This document shows, piece by piece, positions 25,461 to 39,501 of a DNA stretch of 64,000 nt; positions within the stretch are counted from its first letter, which is position 1, and each line of letters opens with the position of its first letter. The DNA is from Octopus vulgaris (taxonomy: Eukaryota). Position numbers and translations under genes: made by a program. The notes beneath the pieces were generated by a model that was given only the letters and a program-made list of their open reading frames with translations, ran no database searches and was not told where the DNA came from. The stretch spans positions 181,970,001 to 182,034,000 of the forward strand of contig OX597815.1 of the NCBI GenBank assembly GCA_951406725.2. Reading direction: 5' to 3'.

Positions 25461-26920
25461 GATGGGATGGCATGGATGATATGAGAGGAGTGGGCAAGGC
25501 CAGGAGCTGCACTAGGCTCCAGTTGTCTGTTTCGGCGTGGTTTCTACAGCTGGATGCCTTTCCTAATGCCAACCACTTTACAGAGTGTACTGGGTACTTT
25601 TTTATGTGGTACCAGCATCAGTACATTTTACAAGGCACCACCACCAGTGCATCCTATCAAGTATTATCCCATAGTTTCAAGATTTCAATGGTGTGATTGT
25701 TTATTTTTAGAATGACATTGTAAGGCAGGTGTGTGAGGTCAGATCTGGTCAGTTTAAACATAAACAGGTAGAATGTGTGGGCTTGGTATGGTTAGTTTAA
25801 TCCTTTTGTTACTGTATTTATTTTGAGATGTTCTGTGTTTCTTTCAATTATTTTAAGTATAACAAAGAATTTAGTAAAATAACTTAGTTATCTTTGAGCT
25901 AGTGTTAGGAATATAAATTGTGACTAAGGTTTGGGGGAATATTTAGATTTTAAACTTAAGAAAACAAGACATTTGTACTACAGAGCCAGAACCAGTTTCA
26001 GCCGGGTTAGTAATGAGAGGATTTAATTCTAATGGTTCAAAAGGAGGTGCTTGACAGATATTTCTAGCAGTTTGAGCAACCACATAAAAAGTCTATGAGA
26101 AAATAGTAGCTCTTGAGGTGAAACTATTTAAGCCAACATTTTGTATCAAGAGATAGCTAAGATTTATCAAAGAACAAAATAATCTTATCATTGAAATTTC
26201 TTGTTTGATGTTTAAAGTCAAAGACGTGATTAATCGATTTAAAAATAATCAAATGTGACTCATTCAATTTAAGGACTTTCAAAAATTCTTTTAAAAGATA
26301 TACTAACAACAACAACAACATTGAAAAGAATATTGAATTTTTCATTGAGAACTTGCTGAAAGAAAAATCAAATAACAGTTCTAAGTGGTACTGAGTACGT
26401 TTTTTGGAACAAATGGTTATTGAATACTAAAATCACATAGAATATATCTCAAAAGATATGTTTGTTGGGGAATACCTTACACCTATCGATGGAAACTATT
26501 TGTATTTATCCCTAGAGAGATAAAGAAAAGAGATCTATGTTTTAAAGTGTAAGACACTAAGATTTGGAAAAACAAAACGAGTGATGCTCTATTTTGATAA
26601 AAATTCATATAAAGAATAAAAGCAGAGGAATAAATGTTATGCCATGGTGAAGGAGAAAAGTTTAATGTTTCTGACACTTGTTCTTCTTTGGAGAAAGAAA
26701 AACATATGGCATTTTCTCTCTCTTTCCAGAAATGGATAAGTGTTCAAAATATTAGAATTCTTGCTTGTAGCATAACATTTACTCCTCTCTCTTTTTATGC
26801 TTTCTTCGACTGTGTGTTTAAAACGTTCCTTTTTTTCACAAGAATATGGTTTTGGTTTCAGTCCCACTGTATGGTATTTTGAGCATCTGTCTTCTACTGT
26901 AATCCATGGAAGACTAATTG

Positions 26921-26957
<37 letters not shown>

Positions 26958-26960
<3 letters not shown>

Positions 26961-27113
26961 GGGGTAAACACATAAATGTGAAACAAGGTGGAAAAAAGAG
27001 TGCTCAAATACCAGTGGTAGAGTAATATGCTTTATTTAAAAGCAGCAGAAAATTCAACAAAACCTTTTACTCTGAGTTTCACGTTCCCGTTCATCAGACA
27101 GCTTTTGCTAGAA
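26958..27113 (-). mobile_element. ~155-bp PLE-like fragment in (TA)n carrying a hammerhead motif (27063-27103)
   Basis: CUGAUGA-ACG-GGAA-CGU-GAAA-CUCAGAG-UA; helix I imperfect. Confidence 0.6.
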
Positions 27114-27929
27114 TATATATATATATAAAAGCACTATCCGAAAGTGATCAATGCCAGGACCGCGTGACTGGCCCCTTTGCTGGTGGCACGTAAAAAGCAC
27201 TATTTGAATGGGATTGATGCCAGGACTGCCATCCGAACATGGCCAATGCCAGTACCCTCTGACTGGATCCCATGTCAGTGGCACGTAAAAAGCACCAACT
27301 GAAAGTGGTCAATGCTGAAACCACCTCTGGCTCTGTGGAACAAATGTCTTGTTTTCATAAGTTCTCAATTAAAATCTTCCACCAAACTTTAGTCACAATT
27401 TATGTTCCTAACACTAGTTTAATGATAACTAAGTTATTTTACTAAGTTCTTTGTTATATTTAAAAGTAATTGAAAGAAACACAGATCATCTCAAAATAAA
27501 TACAGTAACAAAAAGATTAAAAAGAAAAATTATCAGCAGAAGACATGTGAGAAGGAGACCTCAATGTGGTTAATCTATACGCTAGAAATAATAGCCTAAA
27601 TTTCCTTCAATCCACACCCTTCCAACGGGTTCTAATATACATCTGCCCAAATGTAGAGGTGTGTATAATTCTTTTCATACCAACCTACCTGAAACCACCT
27701 CTGGCTTTGTAGAACAAATGTCTTGTTTTCATAAGTTCTGAATTAAAATCTTTTACCAAAGCTTAGTCGCAATTTATGTTCCTAACACCAGCTTAATGAT
27801 AACTAAGTTATTTTACTAAATTCTTTGTTATATTTGAAATTAATTGAAAGAAACACAAAGCATCTCAAAATAAATACGGTAACGAAAGGGTTAATGCTTT
27901 TTTAGGACCTCATTTTTCTGAGTTGAATG

Positions 27930-28290
27930 TGTTTTCTCAAGCCTGATGAATCACCATTGGTCTTAGTCCTGTGTCACCTCGTTTGTGAGTCTCAACGACC
28001 TGAGGTCAAACTTCACTACACTAGCAATCAATACTTCTTTATCCAGCTCTCCTCATCCATACACATCACATGACCAAACCAGAGCAGTCTTCTCTTTTCA
28101 CATTACATTTGATGCCTCATATGTCTAATTTTTGTCTCCATGACACATTTGCTCTTTGCCATACATGCACATATTGCATATCCATCAAAGCATGCTGGCT
28201 TCGTTTGTTTCTTGTTTTCTCATGTCCACTGCATTCACAGCTGACATTTCACAACCATTTAACATTGCCATTTATAACAGCATTGTACGA
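27930..28290 (-). mobile_element. Degenerate RTE-clade LINE 3' fragment
   Basis: Minus-strand KRRLLWFGHVMCMDEESWIK. Confidence 0.65.
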
Positions 28291-28505
28291 TAAGAACTAG
28301 AAAATAATGATTGAGGATTTTTGCTTAAAACAATACAATGCTTAAATAATACTTCTATTCTCAACAAAACACTGCAATATTGACCAGAAACAAGTTATGA
28401 GAAAGGAAATGGATTGTAAATGCTTAAATATGTACATAAATATTACAAGTATATTAATAGATTGAAAGTGAAACTCAAAAGTTATGAACGAAAGAACATA
28501 AAAAC

Positions 28506-28549
<44 letters not shown>

Positions 28550-28644
28550 TAAGTACCCATATACACATACATACCCATATACACACATACTTAAACATAT
28601 ATATACACACATATATATATACATATATATACATATATATATTC

Positions 28645-28677
<33 letters not shown>

Positions 28678-30605
28678 TACATGTTAATCTTAAAATATAT
28701 TAATTGCCAAAATTAGTCACTGTTAGATGCTCTCTTTTTCAATGCTTTTTTTTTGTATTATGATTTTATCCGTTGTTTTTGACTTCCAAATATATTTTCA
28801 GCACTTTAGAATAGTAACCTGTCTATGACTGCATTTGATGATAATTTAAAACAGAATCCACATCCTCCTCCTCCTTCTCGTCATCGTCATTTCACGTCCA
28901 TTGTCCATGCTGACAAGAGTTGGATGGTTTGACCAGGGCTGGCAAGCCGGAAGGCTGCACCAGCTCCAGTTGTCTGATTTGGCATGGTTTTCAACAGCTG
29001 GATGCCCTTCCTAACACCAACTACTCTGAGAGTGTAATGGGTATTTTTATGTGCCACTGGCATGGGTGCCATTTGTGTGACACCAGCATCTGCCATGACT
29101 ATGGCTTTACTTGGCCTGATGGATCTTCTTCTCAAGCATGGCATAATGCCGTATGGACTCAGTCATTGCCTCTGTGAGGCCCAACACTTGAAACGCAACA
29201 TAATGCCAAATGGTCTCGATATTTGCCTCCATGAGACCTCAGTACTTGAAAGGTGCTTTTATGTGCCACCAACACAAGTGCCATTTGAATGACACTGGTA
29301 CCTGTGATAGCTGCGGTTTTATTTGGCTTGGTAGATCTTCTCAAGCACAGCATAATATTCTAGAAATAAATTCTTTGTATGGTTGTCATCTTATACATTG
29401 ATATCACATGTACTTTCATTAGATTAAAAACAGATTTAAATTATTCTATGATAATAATGACATAATTTAAATTGAACTGCAAAAACTATTTCAGCAAACA
29501 TTTACTTTAGCTGGAATATAGTATTATGCTAAGTGACATTGTTTTGTCAATTATAGTTTGTGTTACCACTGTGAATTGGATTGCTTAAAGCAACATCTAT
29601 GTAACTGCTGCTTATTCCAGTCTGACAAAGACCTATTCTCCAAAGTGAAAACCATTCCAATAATTATTTAACCAAACTGTCCTCTTTGTTAATGCGTATG
29701 TCCTTTATTATTCAAATAATAAGCTTTATAATTTTAATAATGCAAAATGAAAATAAATGCAAGGACAGGTGTGGCTGTGTGGTAAGAAGCTTGCTTTCCA
29801 ACCATATGGTTCCAGGTTCAGTACCATTGCGTGACACCTTGGGCAAGTGTCTTCTATTATAGTCTCAGGCTGAGCAAGGCTTTGTGAGTGGATTTGGTAG
29901 ATGGAAACTGAAAGAAGCCCAATGTGTGTGTATATATCTATGTGTATACATATATGTGTGTGTGTGTATAATATATGTATACACATATATTATACACACA
30001 TATATGTATACATGCATGGATTCTCTTTCTATCATCATCAACAAGATCTGGATAAGTCATACATGAAAGAATTTGAAATGGTGAAGACACGCCAGTTTAA
30101 GAAGTTTATGTTTGTCCCCTACCCCAATCGCATCACAACTTATGTTGGTGTGTTTATGTCCCCATAACCAAGCAGTTCGGCAAGAGAGAGAGACCAATAG
30201 AATAAGTCCTGGGGTCAATTTGTTCAACTAAAATCCCTTAAGGTGGTGCTCCAGCATGGCCACAATCACATGGCTGAAACAAATAAAAGAATAATAGAAT
30301 AAAAGAATGGTTAAAGTTAGATTCCAGTCTAACACAAAGTGGAGCTTTCATAAGTTTTTCTTTTTTTATTTTCTTTCCAAATTCTTGATGGAATGGAATT
30401 GTTTACCAAATCTTGATTTATAGTCAGTTCTTCTAAGATGAATATTTAACATATTATTTTCCAGTTTTCATCATTTTAACAGAAATATTGCGTTCATGAT
30501 GGTTGTCTGCTAGTTTATGTAATATGTATAAGGCACCGTCTTTCTGTATATGCAAAACTACATCTGCAATGTGGCGTTTCCAAATGCTAGATACATAAGT
30601 GTGTG

Positions 30606-30637
<32 letters not shown>

Positions 30638-31246
30638 CGTGCGTGCGTGTGTGTGTGAGTGTGTGTAACTGTGAGTGTGTGTGTGAGTGTGTGTGTGTGT
30701 AACTGTGAGTGTGTGTGTGAGTGTGCGTGTGTGCGTGCGTGCGTGTGAGTGTGTGTGTGAGTGTGTAACTGTGAGTGTGTGTGTGAGTGTGTGGGTGTGA
30801 GTGTGTGAGTTTGTGTGTGCGTGTGTGGGCATACATATATGCATGTGTGTAATATATAGTTTGCTTCCTAACCATATGACTCCAAGTTCATTCCCACTGT
30901 GTGGCACCTTGGGCAAGTGCTTTCTACAATGGCTTCAGGTTGACCAAAGCCTTGTGAGTGGATTTGGCTGGCAGAAACTGAAAAGAAGCCCATTGTGTGT
31001 GTGTGTGCATGTGTGCGTGTTTATGTTTGTCCCCCATGACTGTTTGGCACCCAGTGCTGGTGTGATTATCTCCCTGTAACTTAGTGGTTTGGCAACAGAG
31101 ATTAATAGAATTAGTGTTGGGCTTTAAAAACAAGTAAAATATATAAGATATATATATATATATATATCTTTTCATTGTGTACAAATAACATAGAAAAATA
31201 AATAGTTAAATATTTGAATAACACCTGCATTTAACTCCATCTCTTA

Positions 31247-31334
<88 letters not shown>

Positions 31335-31916
31335 GAAAAATATCATTATAGCTATAAATATACCGTAAACAATTATAGAGAAATGGGGGAGAAAAAGATG
31401 TTGAATCGAAATTAGATGTAATACAAAATAGAATTCAATACATATGCACATTACAAAGGACAATACAAATATGTAAGAAAAGAATTTATAATCATAGTAA
31501 TTATAATTAAATTTATGCATTGTCATTCTCATCAGTGTGAAGAATTTTTAGAAGGGCATCAAAAAAGGTTTAATAAAATAAAGTAAAGTAAAATAAGATA
31601 TTATAAGGGAGAATACAAAAGGGCAAATAGGGAAAAATCAGATATTTACAAGCAAGTTGTAAAAGAGAAAAAATAACAGTAATAATAATAATAGTGAGAG
31701 AGACGAAAGAGAAAAAAAAAAAGACATATTAATGTGTACGCACGTCTATACGTGCAGTAAACTGTAACATAAAAATAGGAATAAAAATTTAATGGATATG
31801 TTTAAAAAAATGGTAACAGTTTGAGACGAAGAATAATGCAAACAGGGCCACGTGTGTGCAGTAGAAAAAAACAGGTGCACTAATAGAAAAAAACCATAGA
31901 GAATTATACATATACA

Positions 31917-32300
31917 TACTCTTTTACTCTTTTACTTGTTTCAGTCATTTTGACTGCGGCTATGCTGAAGCACCGCCTTTAGTCGAGCAAATCGACCCCA
32001 GGACTTATTCTTTGTAAGCCCAGTACTTATTCTATCGGTCTCTTTTTGCCGAACCGCTAAGTGATGAGGACGTAAACACATCAGCATCGGTTGTCAAGCA
32101 ATGCTAGGGGGCCAAACACACACACACACATATATACGACAGGCTTCTTTCAGTTTCCGTCTACCAAATCCACTCACAAGGCATTGGTCAGCCTGGAGCT
32201 ATAGCAGAAGACACTTGCCCAAGATGCCACGCAGTGGGACTGAACCCGGAACCATGTGGCTGGTTAGCAAGCTACTTACCACACAGCCACTCCTGCGCCT
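31917..32300 (-). mobile_element. SINE family A, near full length
   Basis: Reverse-complement homolog. Confidence 0.9.
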
Positions 32301-32323
32301 ATTACATATTAATATTGTAAAAC

Positions 32324-32431
<108 letters not shown>

Positions 32432-32911
32432 TACACGAGGCTAAAAGTGATAGGCAAGACAATGTTTGAAAAAAGTTAGAATATTTAAGTAAAAATGTAC
32501 ATACATGCAGAGAAAAAACCAAAGAGAACTTAACAAGGAAAAACCATTGATCAAATTCATATGACTAAGACTCTTTGAGTCAGTGCCCCAGTATGGCCAC
32601 TATATATATGTTGTGAAGTATATTTGGCACCTAAATGTGGTGGAACCATAGAGAACAATGCTACTGTTGTTTATAGCCCCAGGAAGGAGGAAATGTCTTC
32701 AACAGTAGCATTGTCCTCTATGGGTCTGCCATGTTTAGGTGCCAAATATATTTCGCGATTCGATGCTGCTACTGTTTTTTATAGCCCCAGGAAGGAGGAA
32801 ATGTCTTCAACAGTAGCATTGTCCTCTATGGGTCTGCCATGTCTAGGTGCCAAATATATTTCGTGATTCAATGCTACTACTGTTTACATCTCGCTCAGAT
32901 ATTTATTATTG

Positions 32912-32960
<49 letters not shown>

Positions 32961-33101
32961 TATGTATCTTGTATTATACACACATACACACACACGCACA
33001 CACACACACACACACACATACACACACAACACATGTAGTCAGTAAATCATAAATCCCAATGAGAAGGGCACCTAGCTTATAGAGCAGCAGAATATTTAAA
33101 G

Positions 33102-33411
33102 GAAGATGGGTAAGGCCGGTTCATTGTGTTACTCATGGTTTTGTGTCCATACAACGCTTAGCTTTCATAAATCTTGATGGACCCTATTGGCCAGGGGCCT
33201 ATAACCTCTCTTTGAAATGGAAAGAGAAAAGGCCTCATCACTAGTTCTTGTGTTCTGTGTGTTCAAAACCCAGCTGCAAGGCCTTTTCTCCCTCCACTTT
33301 GAAGAGAGGTTATAGGTCACCGACCGTTAGGGTCTAACAAGATGCATGTAATGCTAAACATTTTATGGACATGAAACACTGAATAACCCTATGAACCAGC
33401 CATAGCTATCT
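33102..33411. mobile_element. Foldback/MITE-like element with ~135-bp imperfect inverted arms
   Basis: CCTATAACCTCTCTT..GAGAAAAGGCCT mirrored by AGGCCTTTTCTC..GAAGAGAGGTTATAGG; pairing extends outward. Confidence 0.75.
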
Positions 33412-33423
33412 TTCTCTCTCTCC

Positions 33424-33457
<34 letters not shown>

Positions 33458-33487
33458 TATACAGAAAATTATTTGTACCAACGCATT

Positions 33488-33708
33488 ACTCTCTTTTATA
33501 TGTTTCAGTCATTTGACTGCGGTCATGCTGGAGCACCACCTTTATAGTCAAGCAAATCGACCCCAGGACTTATTCTTTGCAAGCCTAGTACTTATTCTAT
33601 CGGCCTCTTTTGCCAAACTGCTAGGTTACGGGGATGTAAACACACCACCCTCAGTTGTAAAGCGATGGTGGGGTGACAGACAGACACACAAACATACACA
33701 CACACACC

Positions 33709-33746
<38 letters not shown>

Positions 33747-33910
33747 CGATGGGCTTCTTCCAGTTTCCATCTACCAAATCCACTCACAAGGCTTTGGTCG
33801 GCCCAAGGCTATAGTAGAAGACACTTGCCCAAGGTGTCACGCAGTGGGACTGAACCTGGGACCATGTGGTTGGCAAGCCAGCTACTTACCACACAGCCAC
33901 TCCTATGCCA
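33488..33910 (-). mobile_element. SINE family A, near full length
   Basis: Reverse-complement homolog. Confidence 0.9.
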
Positions 33911-34554
33911 TTAATAGAAATATACTAAGAAACTCTTTACTGTGAACAGTAACAATAATGCTTTCATCCATGTTCCATTTGACATAGCTTCCGTAACAGG
34001 AATTTTTTTCAGTATGAAGTTGTTAGCAGCTATGCCCCAAGTCTCAATTCAGTGGGCCAAGTTGTACTTTTGTCTTAAAATCTGTCTAAACTCAAAGACC
34101 CACTCCTTATCTTTCATTTCAGTTTTCTTCATTCCTCCCTCGTGTGGAAGTTAATCAAGTTCATTTCTTTCTCTCCTTAATGGAGGCAATGACAGCTTCA
34201 TGGAGACAATGAGAAATGACCGGGACCTTTAGCAATAAGCCATGCTAACACAGAAGACCCATCAAGCCAAGTGAAATCATAGCCTTGGCAGATATTGGTG
34301 TCACAATACTGGTGTCACACCAGTGGCACGTAAAGGCACCCATTACACTCTGTAAAATGGTTGGTGTTAGGAAGGGCATCCAACCATAGAAAACATGCCA
34401 AATCAGGCTGAAGTCTGGTGCAGCCTTCCAGCATGCCAGCGCTGGTCAAACTGTCCAACCCATGCCAGCATGGACAACAGGCATTAAATGATAACGATGA
34501 TGATGATGATGATGAATAAATACTTCATAAACTTTATAATATATATAAGTATAT

Positions 34555-34606
<52 letters not shown>

Positions 34607-34874
34607 GTGTGTATGTGTGTGTGTATCTATACATATATACTAGCATATATTCTTTTATTTTACTTGTTTCAGTCATTTGACTGTGGCCATACTGCAGCAG
34701 CACTTTTAGTCGAATGAATCGACCTCAGGACTTGTTCTTTGTAATTCTAGTACTTATTCTATCAGTTTCCTTTTTTGCAAAACCACTAGGTTACATGGAT
34801 GTAAACACACCAGCATCAGTTATCAAGCGATGGTGGTGGGGGACAAACGCAGGCACACAAATGGGGGAGGAGGC

Positions 34875-35207
34875 TCTCTTCAGTCATGACTGACTGTGGG
34901 ATTGCACCTAGAAAGTTACCCTCCGAGGAACAAGTCCGGGCAAGATTGTTTATGGAAGGCCAGCAGTCACCCATGCATACTGAACTCCTCTCTCCATGCC
35001 ACCAGCATTATCCAAGGGAAAGGCAAAGGGACCAATACAGTTTAGCACCAATGATGTTGCAACTCATTTCTACAGCTGAGTTAACTGGAACAACGTGAAA
35101 TAAAGTATCTTGCTCAAGAACACAACATACAGCCCGGTCCGGGAATCAAACTCACAACCTCATGATCGTAAGCTCAACGCTCTGACCATTGAGCCATGCG
35201 CCTTCAC
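34875..35207 (-). mobile_element. tRNA-derived SINE family D
   Basis: Reverse complement of 36998-37337. Confidence 0.85.
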
Positions 35208-35403
35208 ATATATGTATACATATATATATATATATATATGTGATGATGATGATGATGATGATGCTGATGTACTGCAATTCTGCACAAGTACCTTTTTTGT
35301 TTCTTTTTACCAGAATGGCATCATAACAACTCACTTCAAAGAATAAAGAAAAAATACTTGAAATATTTGGAAGAGAGATTTCCGAATAGAGACATGTGTC
35401 TAC

Positions 35404-35468
35404 CTTGTGGTCTGCCCAGATAATATATATATAAAAAAAAATGAAGAATCGCCATCATGAAGCCAGTT
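35404..35468 (-). CDS. Candidate internal exon (NWLHDGDSSFFFIYILSGQTT)
   Basis: TTTCTCTCACAG acceptor, AAG|GTAGAC donor; two frames open. Confidence 0.25.
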
Positions 35469-35919
35469 CTGTGAGAGAAACCAATCAAAGGATTTGCATT
35501 TAAATAAAAAAAATTATTCTGATTTGCTGTAAATGAGGAAACCTTGATGTTAGAAAGTGTTCCGAAATTGCTTATTTTAACAGCATTAATGAACAAACAC
35601 ATACAGTACCCTACTCCCATAATAAACAACTACAACAACACAAACATGATGACTATAACATGAAAACATTAGGAAAACTCCGATGGTTAAAACGGAAATC
35701 CAAAAAGCTTTTCAAAGGGAAAATGTTATTTGGATATTTTATAGTTTAGTTTAGTTTCTCAATGTTAGAAGTTTTGAATCTACTCAAGTTGCCTTTATGC
35801 TGAATAAATAAATGTATTGACCTGTGGTCAATAAACATTTGCCATTTTGTGGCTTTCATATATCACTTATTCTGTTTCAATAATAACTTTGTCCTAATTG
35901 TAAAATAACTATTATTATT

Positions 35920-36413
35920 ATGGAAATTGTAGTTGTGATGCCTGTGCCGGTGGCACGTAAAAAGCACCATCCAAACGTGGCCAATGCCAGCGCTGCCTTG
36001 ACTGGCTTCTGTGCCAGTGGCATAGGACCTGCTGTGCTTGAGGAGACCTATTGAGTTAAATACATCAACATCAAAATAAATATCAAATGGAAATTGTAGT
36101 TGTGACACCTGTGCTAGTGGCACATAAAAAGCACCATCTGAACGTGGCCGATGCCAGCGTCGCCTTGACTGGCATCTGTGCCAGTGGCACGTAAAAAGCA
36201 TCAACCAATCGTGGCTGCTGCCAGCCTCCCCTGGCACCTGTGCCGGTGGCACATAGAAAGCACCCACTACACTCACGGAGTCGTTTGCGTTAGGAAGGGC
36301 ATCCAGCTGTAGAAACGCTGCCAGATCAGACCGGAGCCTGGTGCAGCCTCCTTGCTTCCCAGACCCCGGTCGAACCGACCAACCCGTGCTAGCACGGAAA
36401 ACGGATGTTAAAC

Positions 36414-36458
<45 letters not shown>
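35920..36458 (+). mobile_element. SINE family B copy
   Basis: Subrepeats plus (GAT)n tail. Confidence 0.85.
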
Positions 36459-36459
<1 letters not shown>

Positions 36460-36997
36460 ATCTGAAGTGAGAGAGAGCAAAAATTAGAATGATATACGAA
36501 AGAACTATTAATTATATTGGTTTTCTAATAGCAAGTTAGCTTGTAAAACGTAGCTGCTGTCAGTGGATTTTAGAAATAATAGCTTTGTTTTAACAACTGA
36601 ATAAAATTTACTTGTGTTCCATTTTCTAGGTTCTTCTAAACAAAGCATGTAAACGAGTGATGCAGATGGCAGTTCTCTTTCGGTTTTTTTGTTTTTTTTT
36701 GTTTAAGCTTTGATTTATCAAGGAAATCAATGAACAAAAAAGCGAAGCAGCTCTCATTGCTTGTAATACAAAAGGTGAGTGAAGCAAAGCAAGGGTATTA
36801 CCGATTTCAGATATTAATCAATCTGAATGTAATGCACCTTGCTTCAGTTCCTCGTTAAAGTTAGTTTCTAATTGTGATTTAATTGTGAATAAGTTAGAAT
36901 AGTTTAATTCCCTTTTCCTTCTTTACAATGGCAGACATCTTTCTATTATTTCATCTCATTGTGAGTAAAGAACTTCTTTATCAACATCATTCATCAT

Positions 36998-37337
36998 GTG
37001 AAGGCATGTGGCTCAGTGGTTAGAGCGTCAAGCTTACAATTGTGAGGTTGTGAGTTCGATTCCCGGACCGGGCTGCGTGTTGTGTTCTTGAGCAAGACAC
37101 TTTATTTCCCATTGCTCCAGTTAACTCAGCTGTAGAAATGAGTTGCAACATCACTGGTGCCAAGCTGTATCGGCCCCTTTGCCTTTCCCTTGGATAACAT
37201 CGGTGGCATGAAGAGGGGAGGATGGTATGCATGGGTGACTGCTGGCCTTCCATAAACAACCTTGCCTGGACTTGTGCCTTGGAAGGTAACTTTCTAGGTG
37301 CAATCTCATGGTCATTCATGACCGAAGGGGGGTCTCC
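36998..37337 (+). mobile_element. tRNA-derived SINE family D
   Basis: A box TGGCTCAGTGG, B box GAGTTCGATTCC, CTTGAGCAAGACACTT core. Confidence 0.88.
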
Positions 37338-37744
37338 TCCTTCTCATTATGTTTACGTCTACGTTTCCCTGCTTGCATGGGTCGGATGGAGTTTATTGAG
37401 GCAGCAACCTTCACCAGTTTCTAAAGAAGGGATGCTTCTCCATGCTCAGACATGTTCTCACAGAATATTGCAAAGGGACGACATTTCCTGTGTGACAATG
37501 GCAATCCTTTGCAGCTACCACACAGTGTCAAGTCAAGGAGACACACACACACATGCACACACACACACACACACATGCACACACAAACACACACATGCAA
37601 ACACACACATGCAAACACACAAACACACACAAATCCACACACGGACCCCTCACCTCAGACACACAAGCACGCACACACACATACAAACACATACACACTA
37701 CAAATCCACATGCGAACTCACAAACCCAAGCATGTACACTCCCC

Positions 37745-37789
<45 letters not shown>

Positions 37790-39076
37790 AGTATTCTCCA
37801 AAAGTATGTGGCTAGAAAGCAAATTGCTCACCATACAGTCATGGCTGCACCTCTTCTTTAAACAGAAATATTATTTAATCTTGGTAGGTTCACCTTGTGG
37901 TTAAGAAGCTCACTTGGCAAATTTCAGCCCTTGTGCCTTAAGTAGAAAGGATTATTAACCACGTGTGTATCAAAACCACTTAGAAATTTCATCAAAACCA
38001 CTTAGAAATTTCATCTAGTCATAACTCCCGTTTCATCTAGTCATAACTATCTTGGACATAAGGAAAATGAGATAATTATGCCTGGATCTCCTTTGATCTC
38101 AGATCTCAATAGCCAGAGCTGACCTCAAACTAAATAACAACTTAATTGAACTAAAACTCATCTCTTTGCCCTCATATTTTCTTTTCTTTGTTTTACTCAT
38201 TTAGTTGTGGCCATGCTGGAGTACTGCCTTTTGTCGAACAAAAATATATATGTTCTTTTATGTATTTCAGTCATTTGACTGTAGCCATGCCGGAGCATCG
38301 CCTTTAGTTGAACAAATCAACCCCAAGACTTATTCTTTGTAAGCCTAGTACATATTCTACCGGTCTCTTTTGCTGAACCACTAAGTTACGGGTATGTAAA
38401 CACACCAACATCAGTTGTCAAGCGATGGTGGGAGCACAAACACAGTCACACAAATACACACACACACAGACACATATATGACAGGCTTCTTTCAGTTTCT
38501 GTCTACCAAATCCATTCACAAGACTTTGGTCATCCCAAGGCTATAGTAGAAGACACTTCCCCAAGGTACCATGCAGTGGGATGAGAACCCAGAACCATGT
38601 GGCTGGTAAGCAAGCTACTTACCACACAGCCACTCCTGCGCCCATGGCCACTCCCAATAATTTTTATCAGAAAGTATCCTGTTGTCTTTGTTTAGATCAG
38701 AGCATTTGCTATTTTACATCTGTAATGCAACCCTAAAAAAGAAATTCTAATGAGCAATGCTACTTTCTTTCTAATTTCAGAATCACTGTTTTCGTTTCAA
38801 TAACCAAGAAATAGCAACTGTGGCTGGATAAGACAAAAAAAAAACTCAAATGGAAACCAAAAAATAAATATTATTCTTCAGTAAAAGACAATTCTGTAAT
38901 TAAATATAAACTTCACTTACATTATAAATTTTTGCAATATTTGTAATTCATTTCTTCTTCAGACTTAAAACAAAAAGACAAAAGAAATAATTGCTAAAAC
39001 ATTTTTATAAAATATCCAAATTCATAATGACTCTCGAAGGAAAAATGTAGAAAGATGGAAACTGACAAAAATATAC

Positions 39077-39162
39077 TTTAATGGATTCACTTTTAGATAT
39101 TTCTAAATGCAGCTCATTGTTCATATTGCGCAGCTTCAAGTCAGCTCTGTTTTTTAGGAGAC
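39077..39162 (-). CDS. Candidate internal exon (LLKNRADLKLRNMNNELHLEISKSESIK)
   Basis: CACAG acceptor (phase 1), AAA|GTATAT donor; boundaries ambiguous. Confidence 0.25.
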
Positions 39163-39445
39163 CTGTGATTACGGGTGTTCTGGCTATGGCCATCCAACTT
39201 TAATGTGAATGGAGGCTTACAATGAGCAGTCACAAATGGATAATATATTTCATAAAGAAATATCTATCAGTATGCTATTTTATCCATAAGGTAGTGTTAA
39301 CCTTGGTGTGAAATGAATTTAAAAAACAGGAGGGCAGAGGCAGCCCTGCAGAGTATTGGCTGAGTCTGAGGTATTTGGGCAAGTATCTTCTACTATAGTC
39401 ACAGACTTACCAAGGTCTTGGAAGTGGATTTGGTTGGCAGAAACT

Positions 39446-39501
<56 letters not shown>

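Noticed and set aside
37968-38050. Two small direct duplications (22 bp and ~18 bp)
   Set aside because: Ordinary replication-slippage duplications with no further structure.
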